Shown piece after piece: positions 12,972 to 26,610 of a stretch of DNA of 64,000 nucleotides. The notes beneath the pieces are model-generated. The model was given only the letters and a program-made list of their open reading frames with translations, was not told the DNA's origin and ran no database searches. Positions within the stretch are counted from its first letter, which is position 1, and each line of letters opens with the position of its first letter. This DNA is from Paraspadella gotoi (taxonomy: Eukaryota; Animalia; Chaetognatha): the NCBI GenBank assembly GCA_051294375.1, contig CM119271.1, positions 13,197,039-13,261,038 of the forward strand, in the 5' to 3' direction. The position numbers and the translations under genes were made by a program.

Positions 12972-13910
12972 CTAGCGTCCAACGCTTGATCAATATTGTA
13001 AGGAGACAAAACTCTGTCGGTTCTCGTCACCGTCGTTTTGTGGGTCAAAACCTGAAGAGAAAAAAAAAATGTTTATTCACGTATTTTATACGTACGACGA
13101 CAATTGTAATATTTCCAGTTATATCTCAATCATTAGAAATATTTTGAATTAAAAAATTAAAACACTAGCACAAATATGACTAAACAAGAATAAATCGAAT
13201 ATGGCAAAAGTTTTTAAACGAGTCGACGCTCAAAAAATAATAAAAAGACAAAGCTAAATGGAAACATAAAGAATTCCGCAACAACGTATTATTACTTTCT
13301 TATCGAGTTAAATTAAAATTAATTAACTCAATATTAATAATAATTAACAACGATTCGAACAACACATCCCTTCGACCTGTCTCAATCTTGAATCGTCGCC
13401 CGGAAATCCGAGGAGACGCGCGACCCACTTGACTTCAGCGTCGGTGGCCACTTCGACGGCGGCGTCGATGTGACCTGGGGTGTGGAAGAGAGAGAGAGGG
13501 GTCGGGATTTGGGGGGAGGGGTGTTGAAGAGGGTTTAGAGATGAAAATATTGATAAATGAAATAAATTTAAGTCTTTTAAATCGTTTTTTTTTAGCATTA
13601 ACAGTAGTATAAATGGTATTTTCGCCTAAACATATCCTCAAACTCTTAAAACTTTTTATTTCATCAGATTAGGATGTACGTCGAAAAAGAAGAAATCTTG
13701 TCAAATAAGTTTTAAGATATTTTACTGTTTTTTTTCCAAATTACAACAGGACAAAGTAAGATAAGTGACATAAATTTAAAGAAAAATTCATCAAACGATT
13801 TAAAGTTATCCCGATGACGTTAAAAATACATGAGACTGTTTAAATTTTAAAAGATTCTCGATGACGTTAACGACCTGATTCTTGACGTCTCAACATTTTC
13901 TTGGACGGTT

Positions 13911-13945
<35 letters not shown>

Positions 13946-16900
13946 TTTGGCGAAGATGGCGCCGTCGTCGTGCAACCGGAAGTGATGGCGTCGCTCGATC
14001 GAGGGAAGATAGAAGTCTGGGGATGGATGGATAAATGGACGGATGGATTTAATTGCTTGATGAATGTATGGATGGATGGATGGATGGATGGATGGATGGA
14101 TGGATGGATGGAAGGAATAATTTTATGAAAAACATGGACGAATAGAAATGAATGAATTAATGAATGAATGAACAAACTAATGAGTAAATGAATGAATTAA
14201 TGAATAAAAAAAATGAATGAATAAATGAATCAACGAATTAATGAATGAACAAACTAAATGAGTAAATGAATGAATGAATGAATGAAATAACGAAAATGAA
14301 TAGAATGAAAGTCCGGAAGGATTAGACGGATTAAGTCGCGTCATCCGATTCTAGACCAACAAAGAGAAAAAAGACGCCTAGCCGCACCTTCTTGAAGCAG
14401 ATGTTGCCCAGGTGCAGGACGGATGCGAGGATCCGAAAGATGGCCTCCTGTTCGTCGGACGAGAGTCCCAGGACGTCCATCGCTCGTAGGAGCGAAGAAA
14501 AATCTTCGTCGTCGAATTTAGAATCGATCTCGCAGGAGCCGCCTTAGTTGGAGTTATCTTGCTGGAGCTTTTATTATTCTTTATCCACAGCTATCAGAAC
14601 ACCTCGCTGGAGCTCTTGAAAATTAATCACGTTTGAATTTTCTGGTTAATTATTCCATTTTTTTAAAATTTTACTTAGTCGTATAAAAATTATTGCTGGA
14701 AATTTTTATGTTTTAGCCTAAAATTAAAATTCATTAATAGTACTGCAGTTTAATAAATTAGTTAGCTGGAGCTCCGGAATAATAAGTACAAACAAATGGG
14801 AATAGAAATAGAATAGATAATTTAAAAAAAAATATATATTTTGCCAGGGGTGCTGAAAAAGAAACCGTCTTTTATAAATAGTTAATAAATCTTACAGGTC
14901 AAAAATATTCTATTAATATGTATGTACGTATATATTAAATTGTGCCCTATCCATTCAACTTCGTTTGTTTTATTTGAGGTTTCACCTATTCTATGTTCAT
15001 TTGTTCAAAAATATCTCACCCTGGTTGAGGTAAAAATACTTGGGCGCGCTCTGTAGTCCGTACGATTGCTTTTGTTCGATGGAAAGTCCCGCCAAGAATT
15101 CGTAGAAAACGTGGTAATTTCGTTCGTCCTTTGTCTATAAAACAATCATTAATAAAATATTTTGTTTAAGAATAATCATTAATATAAATTTTGGCTAATT
15201 AAATGCTAATATTTATTGATCAATCGATCCTTGAATCAATTAATGAGATAATCAAATAATAAATAAATCAATCATTCACATCAATCAATAATTCAAAACA
15301 ATCGAATCAATCAATAAGTCAATCAATCAATCAATCAACCTGAGTCACTATTCTCGATTTCTCCAAAAGATATTCCGAGGTTTTCGCTCCGACGATGACT
15401 CCGTCCTTGAAATAAACTTCCATGTATTTTCCGAATCTCGACGAGTTGTCGTTTCGTATCGTCTGATATTAATTTGAAAAAAAAATTAAATAATAAATAC
15501 TATTTATGAAATCATAAAATTCAATTAAATAGAAAAAGCCTATCTTTCCCCGAGACTTTGGTCAGGCTATGAAAGGTTTACTGCCTCCTTAGGGTGTGCC
15601 AAATTTTCTCAAGTTTTAAATATCTTAAAGAACATCTAACATAATTTGTGGAGGCCTAAAAAAATAGGTTTCCACCAATCGCCATTCAAATTGCTTCAAC
15701 ACCCTTAGCGCTACCGGCGCTTGAAGGATTTTTGGCACACCTTGCACATCATAATTCATTGCGTATAAGATATGAGAGATTTTAGCGTCCACTCTCATCA
15801 AACAGTTGAAGAAATGTATTAAGTTGATTCTTGTTGAATTTCAAGTCTCAACTACATCTCTGAGCTTAAAAACAGCACCAGCAATCTGCTGGAGATTGAA
15901 ATAGCCATTATGTGGAAGACTATAGCTTCTGACCTGGGTGGGAACCACAAAGTGTCCTCTTACCAAAATTTTGTATTAACAATTAATAGCTCCAAATAAA
16001 GAAAATAACTGTTTTCAAAATATTGGTGTAGCTACATTCCTGGAGGATTTTTTTCTGTACAGAATATTTAACTTGTAAAAATATATTCATAATACTTATT
16101 CATAATATTAATTATGGCAATAATAAATGAAGTAGCATATGATAAGAAAGTTGGGTAAATTTTATCTTGATTGACGCGACTACTTCAGAAGGTAGCCCTC
16201 TTTTGGAACAATCCAAAAAAATTTTTTCCACATGCTATTAATCTAAAAAAACTAAAAGTTATTTATTCAAAAAAAAGATTTATTAGTTGCCTAAACACAC
16301 AAGGTTTAATTTTTAATGAGTACAATGTGAGTAAGAATCTCCACAGACTTTCCGGAGGCTTTCTCCATATGTTGGAGGATGTGGAATGAAACGTTGGAGT
16401 TAAAAAAATCTGCAACAAAAGGCATTTACATTTATTCATAAAGGCACATTTTGTTTTAAAAGCTAAAGCCCTAAACGGCATTAACATTTTTGATCAAGGT
16501 GCGCTCACATCTTTGTGGATTATCCTTGTACAGACTGCTTGAAGAGTGAAAAAATGTACAGATTTCGGACTTTAATCTTACCCCCTTAATTGATCCTCCA
16601 CGCACGATTGTTTTATCAAAATTGTCTTTATTTTTTTATAGCAGAAGAATCGTTAAGGATTTTCTATTTTTGGAGATTGTATTTAGTTTTGCTATGTCGA
16701 AAAACATTATTATGGGATGCAACCGAAAATCATGAGTCATGTTTACTCCGCGCCCAAATAGTTAAAAAATCAACGAAATTATAATTATTTTGGCATTCCT
16801 GCAAAAGTTACAATGATCAACCTAGTGGGTTTATTTATGGTGGTATTGAAAGAGTACTGTTTATCGATTTCTCCAAAAAAAATCTAATTTCTAGCATAAG

Positions 16901-19900
16901 CCAAAATTGGTATAACAAGCAATATCAAATCAGTTCGGTACTTTAAAATTTTATATCTTAAAAAAAATTGAAGCTGCAGTATGCTGCCAGTAACTTAAAA
17001 TACCGTACAATTACCGGGATTAAGTCCCTGACCAAAAACCATCGATCTATGTTATTTATATACGGCATAATATACTATGTTACTGTATAAAGTAAGATTT
17101 CCCTTTAATATAATTTCTCCGAAATTTGGCCTCAGGGCATTATGCCCCGTATAATACAGTATCTAAATTCGTTGGATATTGCAGTATGGGGCAAATTAAA
17201 TGTTAATACTCAACAGTACAGTCAACAGTACTAGTAACCGTAATTACATCAATCTCGGCCCATTATTTTATACACAGTGGTACCAAGAATGTAGACTTTT
17301 TCATATCGTCTACTCATCTTTGGAAGGGTCCTATGGAAGGTATATTCATAATGAGTACCTGACATGAAGCTAAACTTGAAGTAAAATGACCAATGAGAGT
17401 GTTTCCATTTAGTTTTCCGGTGGAATTTTCCCGAGTCGTTGATGCAAAAAAATGCAATGAATCAATAAAACGAAATGAAATGATTTGAATGAAATGAGTT
17501 GAATGAAATTAATGAATGAAAATTAATTGAATGAAATGAAATTGAATTAATAAATTAATTTAATGATGAATTAAATTTCATTTATAACTTGCTCCTGACT
17601 GTGATGATTAACGTTACGAATTCGATCCTGATAACTCTTTTAAAAAAATAAATCTGAGAGAGAGAGAGAGAAGAGAGAGAGAGACAGAGAGAGAGAGAGA
17701 GAAAAGTCCAGTAATTAGTACGTTCAGAAGCTAAGGGGGGACGGAGGGACGACGGACGGACGAGGGACATCTTCTTTGCATATTTGTTATAATTCGGATG
17801 TTCTGAGATGAATGAAGTGTGTGAGAATGTTTGTGTCAATTGCGAACTTATTCTCTCGCTAGCGGAGACGCATCCAAACGTCTCTCGTTTCTGACTGTTT
17901 CAACATGGATTCGAGAAATACGACGTTTTTTGTATTTATCCAAACATCTTTAATAAGTAATATCATCGAAAACCCGTGAAAACCGGGATTCAAAAAGCAG
18001 GCAGACGTTTTATGATTGAGAGTCTAAAAAACAGGACTGAAAAGTGTTCTCGTTTCTCTTCCAAAAATTCAACTATTAAATACAGCATGAAAATTTTGAC
18101 TGGACAGACAAATGACCGGTCAAACTCGAAATACTAAGAAATTGGAGGAATGAGGAGGGAAAGAGAGAGAGAGGCAAAGCATTGTCTCAAAGTGATATTT
18201 ACCAACAAGAGGTAATGGGGGTGGCGAGCCAGGACAGACCGACAAAGTGTAATTATGGAGCGTAAAAGCGGCTGCGCGCGTCTTCAGGAAATCCTAAAAT
18301 TATTAAAGAATATAAAAACAAATTCTGATGCAGTACGTGTCATGTTCATGTCTCGCCATATGTCGCGTCAAGTCCCTAATGTCATGTCACGAGAAATACT
18401 TGTGAAAATAAAGTCACTGCGGTGCAGCATATTGGATAATACACCGATTCTTGTTATTAATAAAGTTTTTATTTTAATATTAAGGAATCAAGATATTTTT
18501 AAAAAATTTTTAAACATAAACCGACAACATCTAATTTTATTCTACTACTATGCGAACATCTGCGCGAAATTATGATAAAGAAATAAGATGATTAATTTTT
18601 TTAATAAAGAAATGAAAATGACTAACAATTTTAAAAGAGTATTGCTACTTGAACGGAGAATCTTTTGATAAAGAAATGCAAGGGACATTGTTGGCGCAAA
18701 AATTAAATGACAAGAACAACAAATAAAATTAAGTTATTTATAACTGTGTGTGGTCTTATACATTGTGGTTTTATTCAAATCGCTGCCAAACAAATAAAAT
18801 ATCTTCATTATCAGCATTGTTTTGAATATCGATTAAAGTAATTAAATAGTGGAAGAGGCGTTGCCAGATTTTAAAAATTATCTCAACCCTTCAAGCAGTC
18901 TGTCACAAAGATAATCACATTAAAGATGTGAGCACCCTGATAAAAAAAATTTTCAGGTGCGTCCAAGCAGCATTGTTTTGAAGTCGATTAAAGAGTACAT
19001 AAATAAATGTGGTAGAGGCGGCAAGTTTTATTTTTAATGACAAAGTATTATTCACCCTTCAAGCAGTCTGTGCAAATATATTAATTCCATATAAATGTTG
19101 AGTACACCCTTATGAAAAAAGTTAATTCATTTAAGGCTTTTATCTTTGCAATAAAAGGCCTTTACATTTTATTAATGAATGCAATTTTTTTTAAGATTTT
19201 TATATTCCAACGTTTCTCCCAATTCCAGTCCCTCCTCAACATATGGGAGGAAGCCTCCAGAAGTTCTGTCGAGATTCTTACTTACATGTGTACTGATAAA
19301 AAATTTGAACCGTCGTGTGTTTAGGCAACTAATAAAAAGTATTTTTTGAATAAATAACTTATTAGTTTTTTTCAGATTAATAAGCATGTGAAAAAATAAA
19401 TTTTTTGTTGATCTTTCTAAAAAGGGCTACCGTTCTGAAAGTAGTGCGTCAATCAAAGATAAAATTTACCAAAATTTCATATCTAATGCTACTTCATTTA
19501 TTAATTGCTATAATTAATATTGTGCATAAGTATTATTGAATATTATTATTACTAGTTTTAATAATATTCTGTACAGAAAAAAATCCTCTAGGATGTAGCC
19601 CAGACCAATATTTTTGAAAACAGCTATTTTTTTTATTTGGAGCTATTAATTGTCAATAAAATTTTGTAAAAACAACTTTGTGGTTCAAACCTATGTCAGA
19701 AGCTATAGTCTTCAACATAATGGCTACTCATATCTCCAGCAGATTGCTGGTGCTGTTGTTTAAGCTCAGAGATGTAGTTGAGACTTAAAACTAAACACAG
19801 AATAAAACTTAAACACATTTCTTCATCTGTTTGTATGAGAATGGACCACTAAAATCTTTCATAGTTTAAGAACACAATGAATTATGATGATGCAAGGTGT

Positions 19901-22900
19901 GCGCAAAAATCCTTTCAAAGCCGGCGTAGCGCTAAAGGGTGTTGAAGCAATTTGAAGTGGCGATTGGTGGAAACCTATTTTTTTAGGCCTGCCACAAATT
20001 GTGTTAGATGTTCTTTGAATATTTAAACTTGAGAAATTTGGCACACCCTACTGCCTCCTGCATCCGTCCACCGTTTCATAGATTGTAATTACAATTGTGT
20101 GATTGTTGATTGTTGATTATTGTAATATTGCTGTATATTTGTTGTATATGCTCCGTTTATTTTGAGACGAAAAAAAAAAACTATCCACCTTTCCCAGAAT
20201 AGATAATTAATTTACTGTTATATATAAATTAAAAAAAGAAAATAATAATCGAAGAAAAATAGAAGAAAAAAAAAATTTATTTGAAAAAAATTTAATAAAA
20301 ATAAAAGAGTGAAAACAAGTAATTTTACAATTTTCAAAAATTGCAAAAAAACCCCGATTACTCTCTCACAGTCTTTACGTCCATGTTTCATTAGTTTTTT
20401 TTTTTTTCACCTTTGCGTTTTCGCCGAATGATTCCAAGAGAGGCGTCGCTTCCAAGATTTGTTGAGTGATAAGATGACTGGAAAATCGTTTCGACTCAGT
20501 TCGGACCTGAGATTTGAGAAAGTTGAACGTCCTTTAAATTATGTTTATATGTAGCAGTACTATGTTAGGGAACAAATTAATATAGTTATCATTAAGGTTA
20601 AAATGGGACGATTAGCAGTTAGTTTTTTTCATATTCTATTAGATTGACAAGGGAAATATAGAACATCTGGAAAATTTGAAATTACAATTATAAGATAATT
20701 ATATATATTATATATATATAATATATTATATTATTATTATACCAATGTATAAATAGTCTGTTAAGAGTAGTGAGTGATTAATAATGGAGTGAATAAACGA
20801 GAATGTGAAGAGAGTCTTGATTTGAAAGCTTGCAATGGACCTGCTATGTCATTATCTTGTAAGTGATGGAGGCCTGTAAACACCAAACCCACATAAATCC
20901 CAAGTCAGGGACAAGATAGCGTTTATTTTATTAAATGAATGGATAATTTATTTATATTGGTTGTACCTATTCATAATATATATAACTACATTATAATATA
21001 AACAAATTGCATTATAGCACAAAAAACACTTACAAAAAAAACTAAAAGCAAACACACAAAACAGAAAACAACAACACAACACCACCAACAAAAACAAAAA
21101 GAGCAACGCCGCTCCATCTTTTTTCTCACACCTTGGCCCATGCATTATTCCGGCCGCTTGTGCCGGATATTCCGGACTCGCAATCGCGCCGCGGCTAAAT
21201 ACATTAATATAGTTCGTTGGCTTATCCGGTTTTTCTCGCGCGGGCCGGAATTCTCCCACTGATGAATGTATCACACTGATGGCGTGGCGATGGCGCGTGG
21301 CTGTCACGAAAAGGCGTTGAATGCAATCAAACCAAGAGAATAATTTGGATTTGAGTTCGACGATGATATTCAGCATAGACACTTTGCGTGATTTGTTCTC
21401 TGGACATTCTCTATCTCACTCTCTCTCTCTCGCGATTTTCTTCTCGTCTTTGGCTCTTTCTCTCATTTTGTTAGCATCCCCGATTCTGGATTAATTGCAA
21501 GTTCCTCGCTATGTGACGTTCTTGCTTCTGCCTTCTTTTCTATTATTGCGTTTTCATTGTTTGCTCTTCACTCTGAGAGTTTTAATTCTAGGAGAAACCT
21601 ACATGTGTTGTCCTGATTTACATGAGTGTTTACTTTTGCAAACGTGTTCGCCTTTAGCCGCTTGCTCCTTCCTCTTTCTCTTTTCCTTAAGACGGCTATC
21701 TCTCTTGTCTCACTGAGACTTTTCAACACGCGCCGGTAGCGCACGCCTTTTAATTTCAGTCGTCTCCTGTTTAGACACGTACAACGCCTACGTACATTGC
21801 TTGCCCTCTCCCACCTTGGTCGTGCTTGGTCCTTGAATCATCTGGGCAAAAGGTGGCGCTAGAGCGACGGCTGAAAAAGGTGCAGGCGGTTTGACTTCCC
21901 GTAAAACCCTACCCTCGTACTTTCCTCACCATTTACCATCCAGTAGGAGTACGTCGAACATCGTGTTAAGGGTAAGGGTATGACCGCTACGACGGAGATG
22001 GAACCTGGGAGAGGGGAGAGAGAGAGAGGGAGAGGGAGAGGAGAGATAGAGAGAGGGAGAGAGAGAGGAGAGAGCGAGAGAGAGAAGAGGAGAGGAGAGA
22101 CAAGTGGAGAGTGAAGAAACTGAGATGAAGAGAGGAGGAAAGAGAGAGAGGAGGGGATGAGGAGAGAGCGGAAGTAGTTGAGAAAAAAGAAAAGACGAAA
22201 AAATATATAATAAAATGAAAGAAACAGTACGAAATGGATATGAAAATAATAACAAAAAGTAAAAGAAAAAGATAAGATATAAAAACTAGAGTAAAAAATT
22301 AGAAAAGAAAAGAAAAAAAAGAAAGGAGAAATAAAAGAGAAAGAAAGAGAAGAGAAAGAAAGGAAAAGAAACGAGAAAAGAAAGAGAAAGAAAAGAAAAA
22401 GAAAAAAGAAGAAAGAGAGAAATCGAAAACCAACCGGCCAAACTTATCCCCCTCCGCCTCCGTCTACTTCTACCCGCATGTAAGTAAGATGTAAGTGTTA
22501 CCTTCTGATATCTAGGATCTCTCAGAGATTCCAACAGCAAGATCCTTCATTGAAGTGCAAACCGCAACCGGAATCAGGTCGGAGTCGAAGGCCCCCTTCG
22601 CCCGATGATTAGTTCTCGCGTGTCGCCGGCGGAGCCTCTCAAGGATGCTGCGACTACTCCGCCTTCCAGTGGTGGGGACCGGGGTTCCACCTTTTTATTT
22701 TGAGAGAGAGGGGTGGAAGGGTGTGACTCTCTGCCGTCGCTCTCTCTGGCTCTCTCTTTCTTTCTCCCCTTCTCTTCTTGTTTGTTCTGTGCTCTCGTAT
22801 TGCTGACCGTCTGTCTTCTCTTCCTTTTCGGTTTCTTTCTGCTCTCTCCCTCTTTTCTTGATTTCTTTTCTCTCTATCTCTTTTTTCTCTTTTCGTTTTT

Positions 22901-25900
22901 TTCTCTCTCCCTAATTTAATGTCAATTGCTTCTCTCTCCTCTCTCTCTCGCTGCCTTTCTCCTATTTTTTTAACTGTCTTCCTTCTTTCACGTCTGTCGG
23001 TTTGTCTTGTAGTTCCTCTCCCCTGTCGTCATTCTCACTCCGATCGCGACGTTAAGCGGACACAAAACGTTTGCTGGAGACACGAGTTCTAACTTCTTCG
23101 TCGCAGGGATAGGACGTAGAGTCGATTCCTGGGTATCTGCCACACCAGCGCCTTGCCTCCAGCTTTCCATCAGTCCTTCGGTCTGAAGAAATCGTGGTCA
23201 TTACGAAAATAAATGAATAATAACAGTATAAACAAACTAATTTTCGTCAAAGTGCTTTACAAAATTAAGATAAGAGAGTTAATATTCATTAAACGGGAAA
23301 TAAATTAAAGAAAAAAAAAAACTGTCCCAGCTTTTTCAACTCCCTCTAGCATGAGCCATGGAAAATGGTCCTTGGCTTAGAAACAGGGCTTGGAGGGTTT
23401 TCCACGCGCCCCAAAGGCGGTTACCCCCCCGCAGGGGAGGTATACCATTGGGCGACGATTCGGTATAATGGTCATGAGGCCTGATGGTATTCTCTATGAG
23501 TTTGGGCGGGGTGAACTTGTTTGCAAGGCCACGACTAACTATTTAAATAAAACAAAACCAAATACAAACAAAGAAAAAAAAAAAAATAAAAATAAATATG
23601 AAATTGGTACAACCAATAAAAAAATATATTCATAAATTGGATCGATTTTCATTTAATAAATGATAGCATCTTCGCCCCTGACTTTGCGACAGGAGCTTGA
23701 TGGTTTAAGGCCTCCATCACTCTTACAAGATATATGACATAGCATGGATCCCTGCAAGCTTCATCAGAAGACTCTTTCACCAGTCTCGTTATTCACTCCC
23801 AGTAGTACCTGGCTTCCGCTATCATGAAGTGGATACAAACACAAAGCACTAAAACTCAAAAGAAACATAAAAAAAAAGAAAAGAAAGAAAACAATATCGA
23901 ACCTTCTTTTCCTCCTTTCTTCCGGCAATGGCTCGTCACTTTCTCCTCTCCCTCTTCCTCCGGTCTCCCCCGAGATCTACGTAGATCTGGCTATCGTCGT
24001 CGTCGGGTCGTTCATCGTCGTCATCGGTCGTGTCGTCCCATGTGATGTGTGAACGGACGCTGAGAAGGAGCGTGTAGAGGAGGTGAGGTCTTCTGGTAAG
24101 TTCTGAGCCGGCAGCAGCGGCGGCATCAAGTCGGCCGGACGCGCGAACGTCGGCGCAGCTGCGCCCGGGTGTTCCCTCGGGCGCGCCGCGACGCCGGTCC
24201 GGTAAAGAGACGCAAGGCCTTCGGAACGGGCGAACGTCGGCGCCACACGGAGAATACGCGGCGTCGAATCGAGGCCGCGGCGGCGTTCTCCGGCGCCGTG
24301 GAGCGCGCCGGAGGAAAGAGTCGCCGCAAGAAAAGACGCCGGATTGGGTGGCGCCGTCCGTTCGCGCCGAAATTTTCTCGGGGTCAACAATGAGGAGGCG
24401 GAAGAGGAAGAGGAAGTGGAGAGCGGAAGAGGAAGAGGAAAAAAGGAAGAGCGGCGGCGCCACGGCCCACTTTCTTGGATTCCACGTCTGCGTTGGGAGA
24501 CGGACGGAAGACGAAAGTCCGTACGACGACGGCGACGACGACGACGACGACATTTCAGGGGATTTTTAGGAAGATTTATATTATTATATATCAAAAATGA
24601 AGAGATGTTTTTGTTGTCTATGACAGAATAAACCTAATCGTGACGGTTTATTAAAAATTATGTAGGGGCTGGTTAGTTTAAAGATCTACGTCATTTGTAT
24701 ATTTTTATTTCAAGCATGAATTGTTAACATCCANNNNNNNNNNNNNNNNNNNNNNNNNTGAGATATTTGAAACTTGAGAAATTTGGCACACCCTACTGCC
24801 TCCTGCATCCGTCCAGCGTTTCATGATGTAATTACAATTGTTGATTGTTGATTGTTGATTATTGTATATTGCTGTATATTTGTTGTATATTGCTCCTTTT
24901 ATTTTGAGACGAAAAAAAAACTATCCCCTTTCCCAGAATAGATAATTAATTTCTGTTATATATAATTAAAAAAAGAAAATAATAATCGGAAGAAAAATAG
25001 AAGAAAAAAAAAATTATTTGAAAAAATTTAATAAAAATAAAAGAGTGAAACAAGTAATTTTACAATTTTCAAAGCAAAAACCCGATACTCTCTCACAGTC
25101 TTTAGTTCACTACACATGTTCATATGTTTTTTTTTCGTCACCTTTGCGTTTCCGAATGATTCCAAGAGAGGCGTCGCTTCCAAGATTTGTTGAGTGATAA
25201 GATGACTGGAAAATCGTTTCGACTCAGTTCGACCTGAGGATTTGAGAAAGTTGAACGTCCTTTAAATATGTTTATATGTAGAGTACTATGTTAGGGAACA
25301 AATTAATATAGTTATCATTAAGGTTAAAATGGGACGATTAGCAGTTAGTTCTTTTCATATTCTATTACATTGACAAGGGAAATATAGAACATCTGGAAAA
25401 TTGAAATTACAATATAAGATAATATTATATTATATATTATATAATATATTATATTATATTATACAATGTTATAAAATAGTGAGTGAATAAAGAGTGAATA
25501 AACGAGAATGTGAGAGAGTCTTGATTGAAAGCTTGCATGGACCTGCTATGTCATTATCTTGTAAGAGTGATGGAGGCCTTAAACCACCAAAGCCTATCCC
25601 AAGTCAGGGACAAGATAGCTTATTTATTAAATGAATGGATAATTTTTATATTGGTTGTACCTATTTCATAATATAATACCATATAATATACAATATTATA
25701 GCAACAAAAACATTCAAAAAAACAAAAAAGCAACAACAAAAACAAAAACAACAACAAAAACAAAAACAACAACAACAACGCCGCTCCATCTTTTTCTCAC
25801 CCTTGAGTCCCATATTTCCGGCCGCTTGTGCCGGATTTCCGGATCCAACGGCCGCCGCTAAATAATTAAGTATGAGTTTCGTGCTTTCGGTTTTTCCGGC

Positions 25901-26047
25901 GCCGGATTCTCCGCTGATGATGATCACCTGATGGCGTGGCGTGGCGTGGCGTCACGGATGAAAAAAAAATGGCGTTGATCAAAATGGCAAACAGCGAAGA
26001 AAACTTTGGGATGTCTTGACGAATTCCATCTAAGCTTACTTGCTTGA

Positions 26048-26078
<31 letters not shown>

Positions 26079-26572
26079 CCCCTCAGCGTTTGTCTGTCTC
26101 TCTATTGCTTTTTCATTTTGCCTCATCTGGGAATAAATTGAGAGTTCCCTCATGTTGGTCGTTCTTGCTTCCTTTTCTATTATTCAACTTGCAGTTGCTT
26201 GCTTTCTCTTTTTCTCTAAACCTGCTCGTGCTTGTCTCACTAAAGTTACATTTTCAACACGCCGCCGCTTGCTCTACCTCTTTCTCTTAATCCTTACAGC
26301 TTTTCTCCCTGCTTGCCTCCCGAGTCCCCGTACCCGTCAATTGCTTGCCTCCCACCTGGTCGTGCTTGTCCTTGATCATCTTGGCAAAGGTGGCGCTGGC
26401 GACGGCGAAAAGGTGAGGCCGGTTTGACTTCCAAAACCCTACCCTCGTACTTCCTCACCAATTTCCATTACGTAGGAGTCGTCGAACATTTGGTAAGGGT
26501 TTGACCGCTAACGGAGGATGGACTGGAGGGGAGAGAGAGAGAGGAGAGGGAGAGGAGAGATAGAGACGAGAG

Positions 26573-26610
<38 letters not shown>

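Noticed and set aside
20411-24553. A second myosin gene or mutually exclusive 5' exon set
   Set aside because: It is a frameshifted collinear copy of 25142-28819 ending at an N gap.
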